From Camelus dromedarius (Eukaryota): a stretch of 64,000 nucleotides of DNA. This document shows positions 1 through 13,196 of this stretch, piece by piece. Position numbers and translations under genes: made by a program. Where the stretch lies: the NCBI RefSeq assembly GCF_036321535.1, contig NC_087436.1, forward strand, positions 84,384,001 to 84,448,000, written 5' to 3'. Positions within the stretch are counted from its first letter, which is position 1, and each line of letters starts with the position of its first letter. Under the pieces are notes generated by a model that worked only from the letters and a program-made list of their open reading frames with translations, ran no database searches and was not told the origin of the DNA.

Positions 1-1090
1 CCATACAGATACATATGTGAATTTATCTTATTTCCTTATTTACTTACTTCCTTAAAATAAATTTCTAACATCAAAGGGTATGTAAACCTCAAAATCCGCG
101 ACCCTGCACCAAACTGCCCACTGCGAAGCCTGTACTGTTTTTACATTCCAACTTGCAGTGTATGAGGCTAGCCTTCTCCCATGCCACTGTCAACACTGGG
201 TATGATCCAGACATTGTAATTCCCAAACATATTTTTCTTCTCATTATGCTCTAACCTCTGCTCTTATTTTAACCATCAAAATTTAAAAATAAAACAGATC
301 TTGTTTCACCTTTTTTTCCTCCCCATCATTCACTGCAGTCCCTACATCACTTTTACAGCTTCCAAGGAAAAGAAGAAAGTCTAAATGTTTCAGGAGTTGA
401 GACCAGACATAAGCCCTCTAAAAAATTATTTTTTCTCTTAATTAAAAGCTTCAAAGCATGTAGATATTGTATATGGAAACATACTAAATGAACTTAGAAT
501 GTGCTTGAATAGTGTTATCAATGAATAAATGTAGTGTGTGTGCAGACGTGCACACACAGGCAAATCATATTATTACATACTTGTGTGTTTAGTAACAATA
601 ATGATAATATTTACCAAATGCTTATTAACTCACTTGATTTACATTTAACAGTCAAAGTTACCTGTTTAAAAACCTACTCATTAAAGTTCAAACTTAAGGT
701 TTGGTGTGATTGAAAATGGGTAAGTAGACTGGCTTAGGGATTAGACAGCAAGAGAGGAGAGATACAGTCCAGAACCCAAGACAAACGCTAGATGGACTTT
801 GGGAAATTCCCACTGCATCAATAATTTCCATTTAAAAACTCCCCAAAAGTCGGAGATGGAAATGTTAGGTATCTTGATTGTGGTGGTGGTTTCATAGGTA
901 TATACAGCTATCAAAATTCATCAAATTGTACATCTGAAATATGTGTAGTTTACTGTACAGAGATTATACAATAAAGTTTTAAAAAACAAAAACAAAACAA
1001 AACTTCCCAAAAGTCAAATGTGATGTTTGAAAATATTTCGCAAAGTTACATGCATATTACATTTACATGTAATTTTAACAAACTTCCAAC

Positions 1091-4000
1091 CTTCAGCTTT
1101 TTGTAGGATTTTCATTGCCTGGTTCAGCTGGCCTTGTCCTATCAGTGCACATGCAGCATTGTAGCACAGTTCGTGTGTGCCTTCCTGGAGGCCCAAGTTC
1201 TCCTGTCACAGAGCAAAAACCAGTCAAACACTAGACAGAAATATTATTTCATGGCTGTGTGGGTACACAGGGATACTCACTGGAACCACTTTTTCCCAGT
1301 TGCTTTGAGCTGCAACAACTGCTGAAAGGTTTGTTTTTCTCTCCTCATCATAATCGTCCTGGGAGTTTCGGACAAGATCTCTATACACAGCTAGGCACTC
1401 ATCATAGCGTTCTAACCGGTATAACTGAAGAGATAAACAGCAAGCAAAAAGTCAGAGAAGACAAATACTGTGTTACATCCCTAACACCATACAAACCCTT
1501 TCTGGAACCACTACATAAGAAACCTAATTCAGCATAACATGGACAATCAACTGTTTCTCTGCTATAATTTTTCAATTAGTTCTGTATGCTACTAATACTT
1601 TTGAAAAGTTACTTGCAATGAATCCCTATTATATTGCATACTTGTAGGCATGATCCAGCTAGAAAAGCTATTGTACTGTCTCCATCTCGAGGTTAGGTTA
1701 AGTGCCTAAGTGCGTTGTGAAAGAATACCATTCCATAGAAACTAACCCTGTTACTTAAATCTGACTTACAACAAGAAAAATTTCCCACAGGATTACTATG
1801 TCTTGATAAACAGGAACTAAACCAGATGTTAACAGAAGGACTTAATATTTCCTAGGAGATCATTATATTCAATCTTCATTTCTCTTTCCCAGAAACCAAC
1901 AATCACCCCTTGATAGGGTAGTATCAAGTATACATAGCATAATTCTTGCTTTTTTCATTCAAATTGTTCTCACAGGGCAGTAAGAACTGCCACTCCAGGT
2001 CAATTAGTCTACCATGTATGACAGAGATGGGTGCCCTTCATCAGTCTCAAAATGCTGGAATTTAAGCCAACCCAGCTTACAGGAATTCTTTTTAGATCTA
2101 CAATCCATAAATTTGCCTTAATCTTTGTTAAACTCACACTACCTTTTAGGAACAATACACTCAATATAACATTGCTGTATTATTGTTGTTGACATTTTAA
2201 AAAATTTTAAGAGGGTTTTGCTAGTTTTAATGTAACACTTTTGCCCTCTCATCATAAATAGCCCTATTTTACAGTAGGCTTAATTGCGTGTCTCAAAACT
2301 CTTTTAGAATAAGCTATTTCCAGGGATTCCATGAACTATCTGAATTTAGCCAAATTCTTAGTCATCATGATTTTTTTTTATTTTAAACCTAGAAAAAACA
2401 CCAGCTAAAAACTAGAAGTACTATTTCAAAACTGTGTAAATATATAAGCTTACTAGCCTTCATCTTTCCAACTAAAATGTCCAAATTTTATAGGATAGTT
2501 CTCAATTTTTAAATTACCTTGAGAAAGTCATTTGTTCATAGAACACAGTATATGCAATTGTTCAAATGAAGATCAAGAAGAGGGAATATGTTCAAACCCA
2601 AAGAACTGGTTTATGGAGCATCAGGATGGGCTGCGGTTCCACATCCCTGCTCCTTACCATAGGTAGTGTCATGCTTACTCAGGATGATTGTCAATAGGGA
2701 TTTTAAAGCAGTAATTACCACTTGTCCATAAAGCTCCTTTAGTTTGTCTGTCTGCTGGTTGGCACTTTCTATTGTCTTCAAGGCATTCTCAATTCTGTTT
2801 AGCCTGTACTCACAATATGCCTTCTCAAAGGAAAGAGAGTTACTGAAAAAGGAAAAATCAGTATCTGATTATTAGCTAACAATACAGAGCACCAACATAT
2901 GCTAGATACTGCTCTAAGTACATTTGATACATATTTAGTTATTTAATCCCCATTAACAACAGATGACAAAGGTTAGTGACTTTTCTGAAAATCAGATGCC
3001 TCATAAGTGACAGAAAATACTACATCCATTTCCCTAGGCTCTCTTGCTTTTATGGATATTCTTACTAGAATTATTGATCTTTTGAAACAAATATATAAGA
3101 ATGAAATCATGAATCAGTTAAATAACTGTTTTAGACACAAAGGCAATCAGAACATTGTTTTGAATGGGTTGTTATATTAGTTTCTTAAATCTATTAATCA
3201 AGTAATAAGCCATATAATGCTTTTAACTTGTTCAAGATGCAAATAATTAGCAAAGAAAAAGTAGCTAGAAATCTTAAAAGAACCTAGTACTTATAACAAA
3301 ACTGGTAAACACACAACTACAAAAACACTACTTACATATATAGACTTAAAAATTCATCCACATTGGTGTCACATATGAAACTCATTTTGAAGTTTCAACC
3401 ATAATTCATGAGGAAAAATAATTATCAAAGCAAATGGCAGTATCTTTTATTTACTTGACTAACAAAAAATTATTTTAAAATTTCCCTATGTCACAAAATG
3501 GCCAAAATTCAAAATACTGAATTTTAGCATAAACATGTTTACTAGTAAAAAGCAGTGTCCTGTTTATTATCCTTTTATTTTTAATAATGTTCAAAAATTA
3601 GTTTTTATCTATAATACATGCATTTTCCCCCACAAAAAGGTATACACTGAAAGGTTTTACTCCATTATTCAAATCTACCCTAGTCTCCTCACCTCCTGTG
3701 AGTGACTATCTTTATTCATTGTTTCTCCATATAGTGTTTGTCTTTGCAAAAACAAAAAAAAAACACACGTAGAAATTCTTATATCCTCCTTTTCTTATAC
3801 AAAAGGAAGTATAGGATACACTGTTCTGTACCTTATAAATATTAAAGAATAAATATGCTGCAAACTTCATTTCAATACACATTTCTTTTGGGGCTTAGGC
3901 ATAACTGTAAAGAAAAATGAAATTACAGTAACAATTCAGAATATAAGTTCACATTTCATAAAATGGCAATTGAAATAAATAAATGAAAAAGATTAACAAC

Positions 4001-6642
4001 AACAACAAAAACTGCTACATATTCTAAAGACTGCTAAAGAACTCTGATACTAAAAGATCTTGGTCTAAAATCACACTCACCTAAACAATTCTCAAAGGAG
4101 GTAGGCACAAAAGTCAGGCTAAGACTGCCGTGCCATCCTAGAGGCCTCTATTCATACATCCCTGCCCTAGATGTCCTGCATTCTCTGCCTTTTTTTTTTT
4201 TAATTAAACTTCCGTTGGGGTGTTCTCCTTATGTCCTCTAAGAACTCTTGTTACTCTTGTTTATGCCCCCAAATCCCTCCACAGTTTACCTTCTTCTGAA
4301 TGGTTCAAAGGGAAGACAGAGTAAAGAAAAGCCTCCTTAAGGCAGAAAAGAACAAAAGTTACTATTGTTTCTTCCAGTTTCAGGAACACTACCAGCAAGC
4401 AAAAGGAAAAATGAAGGAAGGAAAGAAAAAGGTCAAAAATTACTGACTAGTAGAGGAAAAAAACGTGGAAATGGTTATAGCTACAGTAAACGTGTCTGAT
4501 AACTGCACAAAAAAACTAATTAAATCACTTACTTGGCTAACACTTTGGTGTGAGTATTGATGACATTCAAGGCTTCCTTGAAACTTCCATTCTGGATAAG
4601 GCATACCACTTTACAGTGTAAGGCAGTTACATCATCCTTGTTTATCTGTAGTACTAGAGAGCAAATTTAGGAAAGCAGTTTTAAAATCCATTCCCTTCCC
4701 ATATTTTTACTAAAATGTTTCACTTCCTGACGCAGGAAACTACATTTCCAATTTCATGGCAGCAGAAATGATCAGTCAGAACATTTTTTGAAATGGCTAT
4801 TCTTTACTTTTAACTTAAGAAGTGGCAACAAGGAGAGTTATAATTTAGTAAGTTAGACTTTTCAATGAGATAGATTCCCAAGATGCATGTACCAAAAAAA
4901 TAAAGTGAATAAATAAGCAAGAATGAAGCTGTTTTCTATAGCTTTTTCCATCTTGAGACGCATGCTACATCCTACATATTTCATTACTTCACAGAGAAAG
5001 AAAACAGTTCCCGTAGAACTTGGAAGCAAATGACTTAGGATTGAGTACAGGCTTGTCACTATATGCCTTGAGGTCTTAGACAAGTCACCTGACTGCCAAA
5101 TCTCAATTTTCTGATTCATAAAATGAGTATTAAAGCATTACCTATTTTGCAAAGTAACTAAGATTAAATGACAATATTTTGGAAAAATCTATAAGCTGTA
5201 AATTATACAAACAACTTATCTTGCTGGCAGTATTTCCAAAAACCATTCAAAATTTTCCTTTTCACCTAAGATAACTAAAGAGAGGTATAAGGAAGGGCTC
5301 AGGTGGTCAAGTTTCAATGCTGAACAGCTGTTCAGTGTCAAAACGACCAGGATCACTCCCCCTGCTCCTGGGCAACTATAGGAATTCACTTCTCAGTCTA
5401 AGAATCAAAATTACTTCTGCCAATTAAGAATATAATATATATGAATAAACTGACAGCCCTTGCTAATTAAAGAATTCCTGCAAAATACTTACTACACCGC
5501 TGAGTAGTACTGGTGGCAGGCCCACTCAAATGCCAACGTTAATTCAAAACAAGTTTAAGAATCAAATAATTCTAATTAGTAGCTATTTTCCTCAATGTCT
5601 GAAATCACCAAATGTGCACTGTGGGCACAATCACTTCTTTTCACATTAAACCAGCAATAGGTTGTTGAAAATTCATACTTGTATGTTACAGATACACCTT
5701 GTATGCTATTACTGCTTTGAACAGCCAAACCCTGCCTGGTAATTACATTTCCAAATCTAACAATTACAGACAAAATCTTCAGTAAAGAATTTAGCACGAC
5801 AGGGAGCATTAAAAGACACGGCCACATTACAGTTACGTAGTAAAGGATAAAAGAATATACTGAGTTGAACATCACACTGAAGATAGTTTACTCGAAATGA
5901 TCAGTTACTGGGCAAAAAACAGGATAAATTTTTGCTCTTTTCAACGTTATTTCAAACGTCGGTGCTTTCACACATTTTTCTCGTCTGAAGACACCAGGCA
6001 GAGTCTACCTGTGGGAATGACAGGCCTGATACCCAGATCTAGCCCTTCCCTCTACCCTTAAGTTCCACCTCGTCAGCATCAGCTTTCAAACTACGTGTCC
6101 CAAGCAGGTTCCTCTCTGCGCTGAGGCCCAAGAGAAAAAGCTCCCTCAGCAATACTGTCTCGATTGCTCCGTTAAAAGGGCGAAGAAAAGGAGATACCGC
6201 GGAGTATTTGCGAAATAAGGCGTAAAAACAGCGGAGTTAAATAAGAAAACAGTTTGAAGCGCAGGATGCTGCGGGCTCTTTAAATCCCTCCCTCGCTTCC
6301 CGCGGTGGGTAAAGAGGAAAGTCCACGTGGCTCTAAGCCACCCAGGACCCAGGGCTGGCCAGAAGCAGCAGAGGGGCTGCGACCTGTGCCGCTGGGCGTT
6401 CGGGCCCTAGCGCCGGACGGCTGGGGTCTCCCGTCCAGCGCCTGTTCGGAGGCGGTCGCGCGCGCCGGAAGGAGGCCGCGTCCTCCCATCCGCCCGGGCC
6501 CGCCCCCGCCCCGGCGCCCGCCTGGACACCTACTCTTGTTGATGGTTTTGAGAGCGCGCGTGAAGTCGCCGTTCTGGCCATAACGGTTCACCTCACTCCA
6601 GAGCGCAGGCACCGAAACACCCCCACTGCCGCTGCTCGCCAT
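1091..6642 (-). CDS. SRP72: Signal recognition particle subunit SRP72, coding exons 1-5 (gene continues past the left edge)
   Basis: Exons on - strand: 6642-6534 (MASSGSGGVSVPALWSEVNRYGQNGDFTRALKTINK), 4653-4533 (ILQINKDDVTALHCKVVCLIQNGSFKEALNVINTHTKVLA), 2842-2719 (NSLSFEKAYCEYRLNRIENALKTIESANQQTDKLKELYGQV), 1424-1281 (LYRLERYDECLAVYRDLVRNSQDDYDEERKTNLSAVVAAQSNWEKVVP), 1202-1091 (ENLGLQEGTHELCYNAACALIGQGQLNQAMKILQKAE). All introns are GT-AG and the phases are consistent (109/121/124/144/112 nt). The peptide is recognisably the SRP72 N-terminal TPR region. Confidence 0.97.
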
Positions 6643-7030
6643 CTTGGAGGAGACGAGGGGAGGGGCGGGACGACCTGTGTCCCGGAAGAGGATCTCGGAG
6701 GTGGCCAAGCGGAGGAGGAAGCCGGTGGTTGCTAAGCGTTTCGAGTCGGAAGCGTCTTTGTCCCTGAGTCAGTGTCAGACACCTCAGTCTTAGCTCTCGT
6801 AGGTACAAGTTTGCATAGATAGAGTCGACATACCTTATTTGAAACGGGTTTGGAGGAACGAGGCTTCGGACCCCAGGAAGTGGTCGAGAAAGGATTCAGC
6901 ACAGATTCGGCTCAAAGCAGCGTGCGTTTCCAGGGCGACCGCTGCGGCTAACCAGTGTGCTGGTCCCTCGAGGCGGAGCTGGGCGACAGTCTGTGGAAGA
7001 AAAAAGGTCTACGGCGTGCTAAATACCAAC
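6150..7030 (-). promoter_or_regulatory. CpG island / promoter of SRP72
   Basis: CpG-dense, GC-rich stretch around exon 1. It contains a GC box (GGGGCGGG ~6662), ETS-type CGGAAG motifs (~6683, ~6747) and a YY1-like AAGATGGCG overlapping the start codon. Confidence 0.8.
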
Positions 7031-7299
7031 TGGAAACAGTAGGGAGTCGTTTGAAGGAGAAGGGGAGAGCAACGGCTTCTTGCTGTTTGGGGAAACTTAT
7101 TAGAGTAATTGGTATTTGAAGGGGATTTTGATAGGTGATTAGGAAAACCTGGGGTTGGTTCTGGGTAAAGTTCTGGCAGAGACGCGAATATGAGAAAAGG
7201 CACAGAAGAAGAAAAGAATCTTCAAGTGCAAAGCATGTTTGGTGAGAACTCCTCGGCTGCCCTTTGGGCTCCAGTTCAGGGCATTCTTTGGGGTGAGAA

Positions 7300-10200
7300 T
7301 TCCCAGGTTCAGTTCCTGGCTTTGCGACTCAGTGGAGATCTGACTGAACGTGTTATCAGAGTCCCAGTTTTCTCGACTGTAAAATAGGGATAATATATAA
7401 TCGTTCTAGGGATAGAAGATAATCCATGCATCCTGGCATAGTAAGCACTCAGGTAACACATAGACATGGGGGTTTAGAGTTTTTGTAAGATCTTAAACAC
7501 CAAAATATGTTTGAATGTCAGAACTCTTGATGAGAATGACAGGACATTTTATTGAACGCCTACTCTGCAGACTCATTTCTTTTCACAATCCTACCAACTC
7601 CTGCCACTTCCCCCTTCCTGTTTCTCAGCAACCTAGCTAACTCCCTTTAATCCTTTAAATATTTCTGTATCCTGGTTCCAGGTTAAAAGTTACTTCTTCG
7701 ACTTTGCCTACTACGCAAGGTTCCCCATTACACTCTCTACTTCTGAGTACTACTCTTAATTAGGGCCTATCTCTCTCCACATGGACTGTAATTTCCATGA
7801 GGCCAAGGACTGTATTTGCCTTGTATCACCCCAGTATCTCTAGGATCTAGCACACTGCCTGGCAAATGGTTGGTACTCAACTTTTTAACTGAATGAGTTT
7901 TTGCTTATTTCTCCCCTAATCTGTAAGTTCTTTGAGGGCAGTAACTATGTCCAGCTCATGGTTATATCGTATGGTGCCTGGCACATTTCACGTCTGGTTA
8001 ATACGTACAGTGCCAAAACAGCACTAATGGTTGAGTGAACTCTAGCTCGGGAGGATATAATCTCTGTGCATTAGTAAACATCATGAGAAGAACTGTGGAC
8101 TTTTACTTGCTGTGGAACTGTCACATATTTCAAGCCAATCATACCTGGATTTCAGAGAGGGTTAAGGGAGTTCTGGATGAAATTTGGTATACCCAAAACT
8201 ATGGGAATTTTTCTGAGGAAAGGTTTTGTAGCTTCCATCAGATTCTCATCAAGTGTTTATGCCAACTCCCCACCCCAACCACAACACACACAAAGGTTAT
8301 TGAGAACCACTGCCTTAGTAGTGCTTTTCTAAAATTTCAGAACATTGATGTTATGTAAGGATTCACAATTTTGGTTTCCATTATCAGTCTGATCCCATAT
8401 ACTTTGTAGCTTCTAGAAATTTCCTCAGAATTCTTCTCCTGTGGATTCCTATGTTTCTGTTTCTTATGTCATTTTTAATGGTGTTTTGTGGCAAACAGGA
8501 TATAAATTAAAATGTACGGCTTTAATCTACCATTTCTGAAACAGGGGTCTTCCAAACCAGAGTGAATGTTTTTAAGTATATACTTGATGTTACTTTTCTA
8601 CCTTCAGGCTAAAATCCAAACAACAAAATCTAACATGTTTTGTGATCTGGCTTCTGCTTGCCGCCTCCCTAACCCACATAGGTCTTTTGTTACTCCCTCC
8701 TCCCCTTGCTTGTGATATGTCTCTAAGATTTAGTTATGTGTGGTTCCATGTTGCCATATCTATGGGAATTTGCACACATATTCATTCAACAAATATTTGA
8801 GTTCCTTATAAGTACCAGTGTCAGACATTATACTAGTTGCTAGGTTTACAATTACCAACATAAAGACAACCCAGTGTACTCATGGAATTTCGTTTTTAGC
8901 TGAGAGAGAGAGGCAATAAACAAATACATACTGTTTGGTGGTAATAAATTCTGTGAAGAAAATTAAGGAAAGGTAAGAGGGATTGAGAATAGAGCGCAGG
9001 GGTTGGAGTCCCCCCTTTTCACTCACAGCATACACTTGTTCTTTAGATCTCCCCCTCCTGTTGTACTCAGAATACCCTATCCTTTATTCCATATGAAGAT
9101 AATGTAGTAGTTTGAAATTGTCTGCCCCAGAAGACTCCAAAACTGAGGGCAGAAATGGGACCTTGTTCATTGTTGCATCCCTAGGGCCTTGCACACAGTA
9201 GGTACTCAAAAATGTACCATAATGGATTTAGCTATTTATCATTTCTGAGAAGCTCCCATATACAATATCTTACCATTTTAACCACTCTGTGAGGCAGGCA
9301 GAAGAAATAATTTAGTCCCACTTAATAAATGGGAACTGAAGCTCAAAATGTGCCCAAGGGAATCGTTTAATTTCCATTCTACTGCTATTTTCACTGTACC
9401 ACAATGCTAGGTTAACACCACCACCCCAAGTGTTTGAGGTTGCGGGAAGTTAAAGGCAAAAAACAGCCATCAAAAGCAAGCGTTTCGAGGGTGAAGGTTA
9501 TAGCTCGGTGGCAGGGCATGTGCTTGGCATGCCCCAGTGCCCCTTTAAGGAAAAAAAAAAGTGTTTCCATTGTCTTTCTGAGGACTGCTGTGCTGAAGAG
9601 GGCAGGGAGACTGTGGATGTTCCGTGGTGCATAATGCTTTATTTAAGTCACGTTATGCTGACTCTCTGCCCGTTTTACCTTTGCTGTTTTCAGAAATTAA
9701 ATCAGCTGAAGGGATTATCAAATTCAAGGAAGTTTTCATGGAATTCATTCTACTCATTGTATACTGTACAGTCTGCCAAATGGATTTTTATATAATGTAG
9801 TCACATGCTGGGATATGCTTTCTATACGCTGTCTCATAAAATTCTCACAACCACCATGAGGTAGGTAATATTAGTCCCACTTTACACATGAGGAAATTGA
9901 GGCACAAAAATTCTTTAAATAACTTGGTGAAGATCACATCTCTCAACTGGGCTACAGTGGCCTCTTAACCAATCTCTTTGCTTCTCTTCTAGTCCATACA
10001 ATAGCCAGAGAATACTATAAAATATGTTGAATACATCATGTCATTCCCCTGCTCAAGCTTCCCAGCTGTTTTTCTGTCACACTTCAGTGTGGTCCACAGG
10101 CCCTAAGTGATCAGCCATTGCTTACCTCAGCATCTCCTTCCACTCGTACCCTTGCTCAGAGCTCCAGCAATACTGGCATGTTTCCAGGTCCTCAAAAAGG

Positions 10201-10480
10201 CAAAGCTGTTTTACTTTGTTCCCTTAGTCTGGAAAACTACTTCCCTGTATCTTTTCATGGCTTGCTCTTTCACATCATTGCCTGCTCTCCTCAAAAACCA
10301 TCCCCTAACCCCATCACTTTCCTCTCACCTCGGTTATTATTCACATGCACTTAGACTTCCCTCAATCTATCCAGTTTATCTTTTATGGTTTGTCATCTCC
10401 AATCAAAGGTACATTTTGGAAGGGTGAGGGCCCTGTCTTTGTTCAGTGTTGCTTTCCTAGAGCCTAGAATAAAATCAGGT
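7300..10480. repeat. Cluster of MIR and L2 remnants between SRP72 and the PAICS 3' end
   Basis: Recurrent motifs such as CAGTTTTCTCGACTGTAAAATAGGGATAAT, CACTGCCTGGCA...GGTACTCAA, ATTCATTCAACAAATATTTGAG and CCCACTTTACACATGAGGAAATTGAGGC. Confidence 0.6.
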
Positions 10481-13073
10481 AAAACGTATTTCACATAGGG
10501 ATGAAAGAATAAAGCTTCACATAGAGCTTATCTTTATCTTTTATTTGGCTGCATTGTTTAAATTTCAGAAGGCATTAAAGTTAACAGCAATTCTGAATGT
10601 GGCTTTAAGATATGAAGTTTAAGAACCACATTATTTGGACACAATTTTTTCTCCTCTTTTTAACTACAAGCCCATAGAAAGTATAAACTTCCAAAGACAG
10701 GTTTAAGTTACTTTTTGTAACATAGTCAAAATATTTTTAAACAAGTATTTACTTTAGCACTGATGAACTGTACTACTGAGGATATATGCACTCAATATTA
10801 AGAAACTAATAGTGAAATAATGATCATTGATAAAAGTCAGTCCTATCCACCATTCTAAATCAACGTTTGAAATTTTTATGTACTGCACAGAAATAGGTGG
10901 ATCTTTTGCTAGGTAGGAATAGAAGAGCTGAAATGTCAGCCATTGACTATTCAGAGGCCATGAAACCGAAGTTCAGAAATGTTAAAATCAAATCTTTTTA
11001 ACTGTTCTTCTAATCTAAAATTAAGATAGAAAATTAAACAGTACATGATTTTTATAATTCCCCCACTTCTGGCAGACAGTTAAGCATAGGACATCAGAGC
11101 ATAAGCAATGTAAGGGAAATAAAGTGTAGAATTATATTTTCTCCTCTTTGGGAGCTCACAATTCAGACAAAGTCCTTGTAGCCATTGTAGCTAGAGGAAG
11201 GTTTATTAGGGAAGGTTTCATGGAAACAGTAAAAGATGAAGCTCTAGTAATTAACAAAGGTATTAAAGACAGAAACGAGGAAATTCTAAGAATTAAAGGT
11301 ACAGATATGTGACAGTCTGAAAGTTATGGGGCAACCAAGTTCCCTTGATAGGTTACATTAGCGATTCTTAACCTACAATGCATAAGTTTCAAGGGAACCC
11401 AAGAACCAATGGAATGTATTGGTAAGTTTTATGTGTAATTTTCTAGGGAGAGGGTCAATGGCATTCATACGTTCAAAGGAGTCTGTGTTGCAAAAGAGAT
11501 TTATTTAAGAGTCGATGTTGTAAGTCCTTGGACAGTCAACTTCAGAAAGGTTGGGTTGAGAATGAAGACTTTCTAGATCAGGCTGATAGAATAGAATTTG
11601 ACCCTTGCTTGAGGTTTTTGTAGAGGATGGGTAAACAGTAAATTCAAGACCTGGTGTTGAGTTAGAGATGAAAAGTCAGAGAAAAACATCAAGGATAAAA
11701 AGCAAGCTTCGTACTTGGTACAGTGAGTGTAGCCGGCTTTAGGCTTGGTGGAAGATGAACTAAGTTTGGAGCATTTACAGGGAAATGGACACTTGAAAAA
11801 ACAAGTCTACAGACAAAAGCTGGGAGTCACTATGCTAGTTTTAGCTAAAAGAATTAAGATTACTCTACCACTATTTGTAAACAATGAACTGAATATTAGG
11901 AAACGTCAATATTTAAGGGGAAAGAGTACTATATGAGAAGCGATCGAGGCTGGAACAGCTTGGGGTCTAGCCCCAAAAACGAATAGCTACATCAGTCATA
12001 CCCCACAGAAATCAGGTGGAAGAAGTGATGAGATGCTCGCTTGTTAGCAGTTGAGAGGGAGGTGAAAAGGCGTAGACAAGTGCAGGCCAGTGGCAAGTCT
12101 TATCAAGATTTCATCTGCAGCAGATTCTTAACATTTTTGAGGACACAGATCTTTTGGTAAAAACTGTCCCCTTTTCATAAAATTGAACATATACATAAAA
12201 TTTTACACTTAAGATTAACGGACTCATGGGCACTCTGACTAAAGTTTAATGATCTATAAAACCTTCAAGGCTGCATAATATAACAATGATTTCCAAATAT
12301 GGTTTACAGACTGATGATGAACTGTGTACCTCTCAGTAACAACTGCTCCTATAGAAGTGAATTTTATTGGGTATACTCCCAGACTTAATACTATTACAAG
12401 AAACAAACTAGTTACGGTTATTAATGGAAGATTCCAGTTTCTGAAAATGATGGTAGGCTGGGAATTGTTAGTCTGGCTAAAATATGTATAATCAGAATTA
12501 AAAGAATTTTGACCTACAGATCCACAAAATCTTTCATTTGGAATGGCAAAGGGGACTGTACTTTTTTTCCCATTGGAAATTGCCCTGACACCCAACAGAG
12601 AAGTTCCCAAAAGTCTCTCCATGGCTTCCACATTGCCCTTCATCTTGTTTCATGCCTTTCCTACCCCTACCATCAATCTCAGCTTCTCTTAAAAACGTAA
12701 AATCAAAACCATCATCATTATCTATAGCTAGAGATAAATACATCATTTTCTGATATACTGACTGAAAATAAACTGTGCCTTTAGAATTTTGTAAAGATCA
12801 TAATATAAAAGAGGACTACGTTGCTGTTAACTACCCTCTCTAAGATACTACCATTTTAACTTTCTAAAACTTATGGATTGAGATGTAGGAAGTCCAGTAG
12901 TAACTTTAGAGCTCTATAAGATGTTATTAGCATTTAAGAAATATAATTATACTGCCTACCTAATAATGATCATATAGTAAAAGATTAATTTTAAAATGTA
13001 CTTATAGTAATTTCACTACTGATAAAGAAATATCAGTACACACATATTTCACTAACTGATGAATCTTGAAGCA

Positions 13074-13079
13074 TTTATT
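13074..13079 (-). terminator. Candidate proximal poly(A) signal (AATAAA) of PAICS
   Basis: TTTATT on the + strand ~120 nt downstream of the PAICS stop. More distal signals may be the ones actually used. Confidence 0.4.
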
Positions 13080-13196
13080 CACTTATAAATTTTGTTTTCT
13101 CTGATTGATTTTAAATGTTTTGTCTTGATTTTTTTTTCTGCAGCTAAACCAGAGATTTACAGTTTTTCTTCTTAAAAAATGTGATGATGTTGTTTC

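Noticed and set aside
6280..6708. 142-aa ORF as a longer SRP72 exon or separate gene
   Set aside because: Only 6642-6534 is SRP72. The rest is 5' UTR (GTG start) and read-through into GC-rich intron 1.
12254..12746. ORFs downstream of the PAICS stop
   Set aside because: They lie in probable 3' UTR or flank, with no recognisable domain or splice context.
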